Shown here in pieces: positions 17,210-26,100 of a DNA stretch of 32,595 nt. How positions within the stretch are numbered: the first letter of the stretch is position 1; every line of letters begins with the position of its first letter. A model generated the notes under the pieces. That model saw only the letters and a list, made by a program, of their open reading frames with translations. It had not been told where the DNA came from and made no database searches. This DNA is from Candidatus Iainarchaeum sp. (GTDB taxonomy: Archaea > Iainarchaeota > Iainarchaeia > Iainarchaeales > JAFCCJ01), in NCBI GenBank assembly GCA_043816965.1, contig JBDRHK010000055.1, positions 1 to 32,595 of the forward strand, given 5' to 3'. Both the position numbers and the translations under genes were made by a program.

Positions 17210-18094
17210 TTACACTCTTGAGGGGAGTTTGGAATCCCTTTCATTGTTCATATAGATTTTGGTTATGAACAGTGTTTGCAGAAGAAGTGTTAATGCATAA
17301 TATGCAAACATCAGTGGCAGGCCAATTATTATTGCCGCAATAATTCCTACTATGTAATGGACATAGTATAACGCAACAATAATTACTACTGGCACAAGAA
17401 TTATTATTTGGGCAGCAATGCCAATCACCATGCCGACTGCCATAAGGGTAATCAGATAACCAAGATTGCTGAGGAAGTTCATCTTTCCAAGGCGGATTAC
17501 CCTCTTGAAAACCCCGACAATCGATTCCTGCGAAAGCACCGCACAGGGCGCGACCAGCACTATGAAGGGCCAAACTATGATCATAAGTGGAATCATTAAA
17601 ACCATGAGCAACAGCATCCATAGGATGCCGACAATGGGGATTAGCATCGGAATGAAGAGGATGATATAAATTACAAACACAATTAGCCCCAATAAAAGAT
17701 TGACCCCCAAAATTGTCAGATATCTTTTCTTTGTTTTCTGGAAAGATTCCCCCAGAGAACAGTCCCCGGCATTAATGAAGTCAGCAATCGAATTATACAG
17801 GAGCCCCTGAATTATTGGCCCGACAAAAAGCATGACAAGGGTAAGCACAAGAATGGCGACAAGGATTCCAATTGCCAAAAACGAGATAATGGCTGTTTGT
17901 CCGCCCCCTGCCCCCAAAGTTACAATGCCAAATATCAGCCCGCCTATAACCAAAAGGCATGCTAAAATAATCCCAAAAATAATGGCAAGAATAATTGCGA
18001 CAATTTTCCATAATTTTGGCAAAAGAAGGCTGGTCAAAATGAATTTCAGGTCCTTGCTAATTGCATTCAGAAATGCGTCCAATTTCTTTCCCAT
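17210..18094 (-). CDS. Polytopic membrane protein (about 294 aa), hydrophobic family often annotated as glycerophosphodiesterase-membrane-domain/DUF-like
   Basis: About 6-7 TM with the two-fold 'sl.e.f....k..l..lg..ll' pattern. The ATG at 18094 is more plausible than the TTG at 18112. Confidence 0.75.
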   Translation of the reverse strand: MGKKLDAFLNAISKDLKFILTSLLLPKLWKIVAIILAIIFGIILACLLVIGGLIFGIVTLGAGGGQTAIISFLAIGILVAILVLTLVMLFVGPIIQGLLYNSIADFINAGDCSLGESFQKTKKRYLTILGVNLLLGLIVFVIYIILFIPMLIPIVGILWMLLLMVLMIPLMIIVWPFIVLVAPCAVLSQESIVGVFKRVIRLGKMNFLSNLGYLITLMAVGMVIGIAAQIIILVPVVIIVALYYVHYIVGIIAAIIIGLPLMFAYYALTLLLQTLFITKIYMNNERDSKLPSRV

Positions 18095-18130
18095 AGATAG
18101 TTTTTTATTCAAGAAAGGATTAATAACTAT

Positions 18131-19240
18131 ATGTCTGAATTTTTTGCGATTGATGCATTAAGCCCGGCCTTTGACAGAACCATGAAATTCTTCTCCGGAC
18201 CAAATTTACTGATTAAGTGGCTTAAATTTGGATTTATTGTTTTCGTCTTCATGATTCTGAGTGGACAGGGAAGCGGGAGTGGAGGAAACTTCAGCAGCTC
18301 GGATATGAATGGGTTTTCAAATCTATTTTCAAGTCTAATTCCCACTATAGGCTCAGAAATTATCCTTATTGTTATTGTCGGGGCATTTCTAATTTTATTG
18401 ACTATTGGAATTATCGCATTATTGCTGAAAAACACCGCATTCTTCTCAATTCTGGAATCACTAAAATCTGATGATGTGAGGATTATTGAATATGCGATGA
18501 AGAATTTTTTGAAAGGCGTTTATTTCTCGCTGCTTGAAATTGCCGCATTTATTTTAATGCTGCCTTTAATGATTATCGTTGGAGTAACTGCAATGGCAAT
18601 TATTTTCGCATTCATTAATGTATTTATTAGCTTATTAGGCAGCAGCGCTACCCTTGCTTCCACATTCACTGACCCAAACCTATCAGGAATACTCACTACG
18701 CTTTCTGATCCAATTGTTTTGCTTGTACTTGTCCTCCTCTCAATAATCTCAATAATAATTATTATGGTTGTTGGTTACCTCCTCCACCAGTTTGTAAAAT
18801 ACCTTATGTTTATTGAAGGGCTGGGACCCATTGGCGCACTAAGGAAAAGCGTCTCCCTCATACTGGGAAATCTTTTGGAGATAATTATTCTGATGCTTAT
18901 ACAGGTTGTGTTTGTAATCGCACTTACTATCGTGGGATTTGTGATTGGGCTGTTACTTATCATTCCTTTGTTAATCGGATTTTTTATTTTTGTGGCTGTG
19001 TTCGCCATTGCATATTCAGCTTCCCCGATCCTGGGAATTCTGGTCGGCATAATAGGGTTTATTTTGTTCCTTGTGCTTTTGTATATTGTAATTACAATTT
19101 TTTCCCCTCTCTACGCCTTCTTTTTCAACTATAATATGGTCTTCTTAGAAATGCTTTTAGGGAAAGGAAAAGGAATTAAAGGAGTTAATGCAACTAATTC
19201 TGTAAATGCCCGGAAAAGAATGTCCTCCCCAACCGCTTGA
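18131..19240 (+). CDS. Polytopic membrane protein (369 aa), archaeal family with Gly/Ser-rich N-terminal loop
   Basis: AIDALSPAFDRT...WLKFGFIVF...GQGSGSGG followed by about 7 TM and an internal GPIGALRKS motif. Architecture resembles the divergent neighbour. Confidence 0.8.
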   Translation: MSEFFAIDALSPAFDRTMKFFSGPNLLIKWLKFGFIVFVFMILSGQGSGSGGNFSSSDMNGFSNLFSSLIPTIGSEIILIVIVGAFLILLTIGIIALLLKNTAFFSILESLKSDDVRIIEYAMKNFLKGVYFSLLEIAAFILMLPLMIIVGVTAMAIIFAFINVFISLLGSSATLASTFTDPNLSGILTTLSDPIVLLVLVLLSIISIIIIMVVGYLLHQFVKYLMFIEGLGPIGALRKSVSLILGNLLEIIILMLIQVVFVIALTIVGFVIGLLLIIPLLIGFFIFVAVFAIAYSASPILGILVGIIGFILFLVLLYIVITIFSPLYAFFFNYNMVFLEMLLGKGKGIKGVNATNSVNARKRMSSPTA

Positions 19241-19751
19241 CAGGAAAGAGATTTCCAGAAGCGGGAAATTCCTTATTGGCCTTGTTGCATTTTTTGTCCT
19301 GCTTAATTTATTGTTCTCATTAATTCCACTTGAGTGGGTTGAGTTTGTTTTTGCATTTTTAACTTCACTAATATTTTCGGTTTTCGGGGCGCAAAATGAA
19401 CTGGTTTATGGTGAGCCAGTTATAATTCTTCTACATAACTTTCCCCTCCCAATCTCCATCAGCTACTTATGCACAGGCCTGTTGGAACTGAGCATTATTG
19501 TTGCCGCGGTTGCCGCCTCATTCGGAATCAAAATTGAAAAAAGAATTGCGGGAATAATTGCTGCGACAGCAACAATCTTCGCGTTTAATTTAACCAGGAT
19601 TGTTCTCAGCATTGGGATAATTCTTCTCTTTGGTTTGGAGATTGGTGAATTAAGCCACGAGGTCCTTTTCAGGATATTCCTTTTCCTTGTGATTGCCGGA
19701 TTTTACTTCATCTGGTTCAATTGGGCGACAAAAGGCGAGCAAAAGAATTAA
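19206..19751 (+). CDS. Exosortase/archaeosortase family protein (181 aa)
   Basis: Membrane protein with the Cys-Arg-His triad in family context: ISYLCTG, FNLTRI, LSHEV, and a C-terminal FIW. Confidence 0.88.
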   Translation: MPGKECPPQPLDRKEISRSGKFLIGLVAFFVLLNLLFSLIPLEWVEFVFAFLTSLIFSVFGAQNELVYGEPVIILLHNFPLPISISYLCTGLLELSIIVAAVAASFGIKIEKRIAGIIAATATIFAFNLTRIVLSIGIILLFGLEIGELSHEVLFRIFLFLVIAGFYFIWFNWATKGEQKN

Positions 19752-19779
19752 TAATAACTTCCAACTTAGTTTTGAAACT

Positions 19780-22278
19780 ATGGATGAAGCATCTGCAAAA
19801 TTCGAGCTAAAGCCAAACAAAACCGCTTTTGTGTATTTTCGTTTTATTATGGGCCTGGTCGGGGGGCTTATCGGGCTTGTAATTGCTTCAATTATTGTAA
19901 CTTTATTTTTCGGCCCAATTGCTGTTTTAGCAATAGGTGTTTTTGTTTTTCTGTTAATCGCAAAATCAGCAATCAGTTTCATTTCATTAACTGTCCAGTA
20001 CAGGAAAACCCGCTACCTGTTTTTTGAAAATAAAATCATCACAAAAACCGGGGGGATTTTGAGCGAGCGGGAAACCGAGATGGTGATAAGAAACATCACG
20101 CATGTTACCTTGATTAAGCCATTTATAGAAAACAAGATTTTCAAGACCGCAAACATTCTGGTTGAACTTGCGGGAAGCGCCAATGTTGAGGGGCTGCTTT
20201 TCTCAATCGATAAGCCTGACGAACTCTATCAGGGAATTCTCGAGATTATGCAGGTAAATGGTTTCAGCCTGCTGAAAGGGACTTTGGTGCAGAAAGAGAA
20301 GCCGAGCAAAATCGGGATTGTGATGGAAATAATGGGCATGGGCTTCGGGCTTTTCTTCCTTGGCATTTACATCGGCCTGCCGCTTATCAGTTTCCTTGCT
20401 TCGGTTGGCGGAATTGTGCTCCTGCTTGCAGGATTTGCGCTACTCGCAATTGCATTCCTGGCCTTTGCGTTCATCAGGTTCATGAACCTGCTGATGAGAA
20501 CTTACTACATTTACGATGACACAATAGTCTACAACGAGGGCTTCCTCACAAAAGTGAATTCATTCATCCCTATCGAGAACCTTGCTGACTCAGAAATCAC
20601 ACAAAGCCTTTGGGACAAGATTTTCGGATTGTATGATGTGAAAATCAGCTGCCAAGGGGCCACACACGAGATACTTTTCAAGAACATGAAAAACGGGGCG
20701 CAGATGGAGAAGAGCATTGACGGATTAATCGCAAAATCAAAATCATTGGTCGGAACCGGAAAAAAAGTTGGAACTGTCAAGGGCGAGGTTGCGGAGAAAA
20801 AAATCGCGCCGGGGAAGGCGGCTGTGGTTAATATGGATGAATCTTTCACCGCAAAATATAAGATGGATTTTATGAAGTCGTTTATTGGCCCTTTGGGAGG
20901 GGCGATTATTATGTTTTTAATTCTTGCAATTCCCACTTTGGGGCTCACTCTAATCCTGATCCCTCTTTCATTCATTTTCATCGCCATCCCAATCCTCATA
21001 ACTGTCAGCGCAACAACTTTCCAGGTGAAGCCGAAAAGCATGGAGCAGAGGTTTAATTTCCTGAACTCAAGGAATGTTGAATTCACCAATGATAAGATAA
21101 CCGGGGTGCTTATTGTGCGGGACATACTGGATGAATTTTTCAAAACAATGTCAATCCAGTTTTGGTCTATAGGGGCAACGCACAACATTAATTTCTCAAA
21201 CATAAAACGAACTCCTGACTTAGCAGGAAATATTCTCGGAAAATTCGGGATGACTGAGCAGGAGCCAATTTACTCTGTTGGTTCAAATTTTGGGATAATC
21301 GCAATGCTTAAATCCCATCTCTTTGTCCCGTTGCTTGCAATTGTTGGGCTCGCGGCCACGGGAATTATTCTGCTTGCTCTTCCAGGGCTTGAGTTTTTCG
21401 GAATTATTTCAATCATAATTTCAATCGCAATTCTAATTATTTACGCAGGGCTTGTAATCTATAAATACATGTTCTACAAAACAACAAAACTGGAAATTTA
21501 CAAAAATTATGTGCATTATTGCGAGGGAATCTTCAACAAAAAATATTATTACTCGCTATATGACAACATAAAGGACATTAAGACAGTGCAGATTCCATTT
21601 TCAGATTTGGGAACGATTGTGTTCAATGTTGCGGGGGAAATGATTGTGGGGCAGGCTAAGGGCGGTGGATTGCAGAACATGCCAGGCGGCGGGGGCAGGC
21701 CAAATGCAATGCAGGGAATGCTTGCATCCCATAATTTCAAAATCAACTTTGTCCAGGGAATTTCAACAAAAGACGACCTTATTGACATGATATTCCACAA
21801 GCGCCTTACTGCGGCACAGATTAAAAGCATGGAGGCAAACATCAAGGAATCTGATTCGGAAAACCTTGCTATTGCAAAGCCGGCGGTTGCAAACACCCTT
21901 CTCCCGCTGATTGTAATTATGCTTGTGGTGAACACAGTTATTGTCCTGCTCATCGTGGCGATAAGCCCGATTTTAATAATTCCTCTTGTGCTTATTGACT
22001 TGCTTATTTTTGCCTATGCAGTGGGGAGTGTGTTGGTTACCTCATATGCAATCCAGCCCTACCGCGTGGTTGCAAAATCAGGAATTCTGTTCAAGACACA
22101 GACATCAATAATTTTCGGGAAGATCGACCATTTAAGGTCAAGCGAGGGATGGATGAACAAACTTTTCCGGAACGGAAATATCACTGTCCACACCACAGGG
22201 AGCAGCCTGCCTGAAATAACAATCAAGGACATTCCTGCCTACCGGGAATTCTACCAGAAGCTTGAGAAATACTACTGA
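19780..22278 (+). CDS. Membrane protein with five tandem (2TM + bacterial PH, bPH_2/YdbS-YdbT-like) modules (about 832 aa)
   Basis: Five repeats of a TM hairpin followed by T.Y.i....i....G.l.......i...I..v......ifg.g.i.v...G. The ATG at 19780 has a TATA-like box at about 19748-19756 and avoids the overlap implied by the TTG at 19693. Confidence 0.85.
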   Translation: MDEASAKFELKPNKTAFVYFRFIMGLVGGLIGLVIASIIVTLFFGPIAVLAIGVFVFLLIAKSAISFISLTVQYRKTRYLFFENKIITKTGGILSERETEMVIRNITHVTLIKPFIENKIFKTANILVELAGSANVEGLLFSIDKPDELYQGILEIMQVNGFSLLKGTLVQKEKPSKIGIVMEIMGMGFGLFFLGIYIGLPLISFLASVGGIVLLLAGFALLAIAFLAFAFIRFMNLLMRTYYIYDDTIVYNEGFLTKVNSFIPIENLADSEITQSLWDKIFGLYDVKISCQGATHEILFKNMKNGAQMEKSIDGLIAKSKSLVGTGKKVGTVKGEVAEKKIAPGKAAVVNMDESFTAKYKMDFMKSFIGPLGGAIIMFLILAIPTLGLTLILIPLSFIFIAIPILITVSATTFQVKPKSMEQRFNFLNSRNVEFTNDKITGVLIVRDILDEFFKTMSIQFWSIGATHNINFSNIKRTPDLAGNILGKFGMTEQEPIYSVGSNFGIIAMLKSHLFVPLLAIVGLAATGIILLALPGLEFFGIISIIISIAILIIYAGLVIYKYMFYKTTKLEIYKNYVHYCEGIFNKKYYYSLYDNIKDIKTVQIPFSDLGTIVFNVAGEMIVGQAKGGGLQNMPGGGGRPNAMQGMLASHNFKINFVQGISTKDDLIDMIFHKRLTAAQIKSMEANIKESDSENLAIAKPAVANTLLPLIVIMLVVNTVIVLLIVAISPILIIPLVLIDLLIFAYAVGSVLVTSYAIQPYRVVAKSGILFKTQTSIIFGKIDHLRSSEGWMNKLFRNGNITVHTTGSSLPEITIKDIPAYREFYQKLEKYY

Positions 22279-22313
22279 ATTGCCCGCATGAAAATTAACA
22301 TATATTAGATAAA

Positions 22314-22321
22314 TTTAAATA
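22314..22321 (+). promoter_or_regulatory. TATA box of HEPN-MNT operon
   Basis: TTTAAATA ending 22 nt before the ATG at 22344, consistent with a leaderless archaeal transcript. Confidence 0.6.
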
Positions 22322-22343
22322 AACTCAATCAATACTGTTTCTT

Positions 22344-22724
22344 ATGAGGAAAGAAGTTCTGGACTGGCTTAATGCTGCAGAAGATGACCTGGAGACTGCA
22401 AGGATTCTTTTTTCAAAGGAAACCTATTATGCCTGCGCTTTTTACTGCCAACAGGCGGCAGAAAAGGCATTGAAAGCCCTGTACATTTTTAAGCAAAAAA
22501 AGGGAACTGCTTCACACAATTTAATATCTATTGCAAAGGAATTGCATGCGCCCGAAAAAATTCTGGCCGCATCAAAAAGGCTAAACCCCCACTACATCCA
22601 AACAAGATACCCTGATGTGGCAAATGCAATCCCAAAAGAGGCCTATGATGAAGAAATTGCCGAAGAACTATTGGAAAAAGCAAAAGAGGTATTTGAATGG
22701 GGCGAACAGCAAACACACAAGTGA
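22344..22724 (+). CDS. HEPN domain protein (putative toxin of HEPN-MNT pair)
   Basis: WL..AEDDL..A, FYCQQAAEKALKA, HNL and YIQTRYPD motifs typical of COG2250-type HEPN. Confidence 0.93.
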   Translation: MRKEVLDWLNAAEDDLETARILFSKETYYACAFYCQQAAEKALKALYIFKQKKGTASHNLISIAKELHAPEKILAASKRLNPHYIQTRYPDVANAIPKEAYDEEIAEELLEKAKEVFEWGEQQTHK

Positions 22725-23011
22725 TTGAAAACTTTGCCAGAAGGCTTAGAAAAGATTTTAAGGATGCGAAGGTGTTCCTTTTTGGCTCAAGGGCAAGGGG
22801 TGATGATCTGCTTGAATCAGATTATGATGTATTGGTTGTGAGCAGGCAGTTTGAGGGAACCAGATTCTTTGAAAGAACTGAAAAAATGTATGATTACTGG
22901 AACGAGAAGCAGGCCCTGGAGGCATTTTGCTACACGCCGGAAGAATTAAGGCATAAATCCACCCAAATAGGCACGGTAAGGGAAGCAATGAAAAAAGGAG
23001 TAGAGGCATAA
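22697..23011 (+). CDS. Minimal nucleotidyltransferase (MNT, Pol beta superfamily), putative antitoxin
   Basis: LFGSRARG....SDYDVLVV and YTPEE motifs. Overlaps the HEPN gene. GAGGT RBS at 22686-22690. Confidence 0.93.
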   Translation: MGRTANTQVIENFARRLRKDFKDAKVFLFGSRARGDDLLESDYDVLVVSRQFEGTRFFERTEKMYDYWNEKQALEAFCYTPEELRHKSTQIGTVREAMKKGVEA

Positions 23012-23050
23012 TGGGCACATGCCTGAAAAGGCGTATCCGCTCAGCAACAA

Positions 23051-23085
23051 AGGGAAAAGTTAATATAATAAAGAATTATATATAA
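23051..23085 (+). promoter_or_regulatory. Putative BRE/TATA promoter(s) of the giant surface protein gene
   Basis: Purine-rich agggaaaag followed by ttaatata, and a second ttatatataa at 23076-23085. Confidence 0.45.
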
Positions 23086-23133
23086 GTGTGCACTCAAATT
23101 AATCATAATGGGTGAATTGCCTTCGGGGATTTG

Positions 23134-26100
23134 ATGGGTTTATCGGACGCGATAGGGACTTTCTATTCAGGGATTGAGGAGCAGTACTATGCATTAATGG
23201 ACTCTCTCGAGGAAAAGGGCCTGCCTGTTTACAAATTGATTGACCCTTTGGAGGAAAGGGGAATTCCCGCCTTTCCCGCAACAATTGCGCTGATTCTTAT
23301 TGTTCTTGCCCTTGTTTTTGGTTTTTTCTTTGTGGGTGGCTCACCTGAGATTGCGCTTAACCTTAGCATCGAGGACCAGTTTGAGAGTTCAATTAGCGGG
23401 GTTTCCATTGAGGTGAAAAGGGCTGATGGCAGCAATCTTGAGCTTAGTAAAAGCAAGTATGGTGATGGAGACACTATTGATATCGGGCCACAGGGAATTG
23501 GCTCTGAACTTGAGGTTCTGGCAAGCAAGGAAGGCTATGTGGGTTCCAGTACAATGGTTTTAATCGGGACCGAAAAGAAAGAAATCAGGGCTATCCTGAA
23601 GCTTGAAAAAATACTGACCCCAATCAACGCAAAGATAAGGCTTGTCGATGATACAGGAACATTGATTAAAGATGCAAAAGTTGTGCTCCTCTCAGATGAT
23701 GATGAAATAACCTGTACCGACAGCAATAAGGACGGTGTGTTTGAATGTATCGGCATATCTGAGGATGTCGGGGTTATTCTTAAGGTAGAATCCACCAATT
23801 ATGAGACTATTAGCGGGCGGCAGTTAAGTTTCAGCGAAGGGGATGTTGAAACAGTTTCCCTTGTTGCAAAGCCTGATGCAAATGAGGGCAAATCAAATCT
23901 TCTGATAAGGGTTCATGATAAGGCAACCGATGAACTGGTGGAAAACATCTCACTCCAGATATTCAACGGCATTGATGATGCGCTGATTACAAACAGGGAT
24001 TTGGAAGAGGGGGAATTTGCAGAAAGCCTGGATAAGGGAACTTTAGTAAGGGTGGTTGTTTCTTCCGAGGGCTATATTACATATGATTCAAGTGTTGAGG
24101 GGAAAAATATCACCCTCAGGAATGATGAGGAAATAATGGATATTAAGCTCCTTCTTGGGGGGACAAATTTAAGGGTGGCAATAATTGATGCAGACAATCT
24201 TTCACCAGTTCCGGATGCAGATGTCCAGCTTTTTAATGTTAATTCTGAGCTGCTCAACTATCAGAAAACCGGCTTTGGCGGAACTATTTATCTCAATGAT
24301 TTGAATTCAGAGGCAACATATTACATAACCGCATATTCCGGCAGGCACCTGCCCACAAGGCTGGAGATTATACCTCTGCAGCAGACTGATGTGGAGATTA
24401 AGCTTGTGACAAGGACCGCCTCCAACTCGGCGGCACTGAACATAGAGGTCAGGAATTCCGGAGATGAACTGCAGAACAATTCAACACTTAATTTTTATGA
24501 GATGGTTGCTGGCAAGGAACTGCCTTTAGGCATTAAGCAGGAAAAGACTGATGTTTTCGGGAGATATATTGCACAGCTTGCTGTGGGAAAAACCGTTAAG
24601 GTAAAGGCATACCATGAAAGGGAGGGAGGAGAATCTGAAAAGATCATTGCCCCGCTTTCAAATGACATGACAATAAACATGGAAACCATAGAGGGAATGG
24701 TGACCCTTATGCTTACCGATTCCGGGGGAAATCCAATTACCGGCGGGGAACTTTTGATTGAATCTCCCTCCGGGGAAATCCTCTATGATGCAGATGTTAT
24801 TGACGGGGAAATTTACTTTGACCCTAAAGGAAAGGATTATGTTGTTGTGACCTACACCGCACCTGACGGAAGCGAATATGTCGAGGAAATAAATGTTGAG
24901 GGGAAAAATTTAATTGAAATGGTTCTCGGCGGGGCCAAAACCCTTCTTGCCCCTGAAATTAATTTCCTCGGTGTTTTCGACGCCTCTGGGAAGGAAGTTG
25001 GCGGAGTTGTAAAGGGCGAGGATTATTACCTGAAATTTGAGACAATATGGCCTGATGGAACTTACAATGCAGGGGTGCATGTAAGGGTCGGGGATGATTT
25101 TGTCAAGTATGCTGATACTGATGATGTCGGGGTTCTTGGCTTTTCCGCACAGGGCGCAAGGTACTTTTATGGAAGGAGCTATTCACCCCTGCCTGAACCA
25201 GGGTTTGAGGGAATTGATTTCCAGAACATGGGTTCGGCTGGAGAATTCAACAAATGGGTTGAGCTTTATTTCGATTCCGGGAACGGGACAAGGATTGTTA
25301 AGATAAGGGTTCAGGCCAAGGCAACAGCCAATGCAAGTGAGTTTGACGTTCACTACCGCGCCTGGGCAAAAATTGGCGGGGAAACTTATAGAAGCCCGGA
25401 GGATAATGTGTTAGGGGGGGCGATTTACACCGACACAAGGACAAGCCTTTATGCCGAAACAAACACCGAAACCCTGAAGATTTTCGATGAAAGCACAAGA
25501 TGCAACAATGAAATTTGCGCCAATTACAAGTTTGTGAGGCAGGACGGAACAGAATACCTGCCTGAGGAATTCAAGGCAGCCATCAATGAACTATATGCGC
25601 TGGAGATTGAGCTTAACCCCTCTGAAAACACAAATGCAACCATCAAGGCATCCACCTCCCAGACAAATCCAAAAATTGCATTCACTGGTTACGGGATTGA
25701 CTCTTTTGGCGAGTTTCCTGACAACGACAAATTGGACACCTCTGTTGAGGCAAATGATATCAGCGTTCTTGCAAACCGCCCGCTGAGGGCAAGGCTCTTT
25801 TTCAAAACCCAGAAAGTGGAGAGCAGTTCAATCAGCCTGCAGATTATTACTGAGAAAACAGTTGTTGAGGAGAATTTTCACTTCAACATCCACCTTGAAA
25901 GGGATATGGAAATCAGCATATACCCTGAATTTGTTTCCACAGGGGAGAATTTCACAGTAAACCTCAAATCTGAGGACAGTTCCCCAATAACAGATGCCGA
26001 GATAAAAATTACGGGCGAAAGCGGGGAACATCTCCTAACCATTGTGGGAAACGGCACAAACAAAAACGGGTCAGGCGGGAATTACGAGATAAGCAACACT

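Noticed and set aside
19693..19779. N-terminal extension of the bPH_2 protein from the TTG at 19693
   Set aside because: It overlaps the sortase gene by 59 nt. The ATG at 19780 has a correctly spaced TATA-like box.
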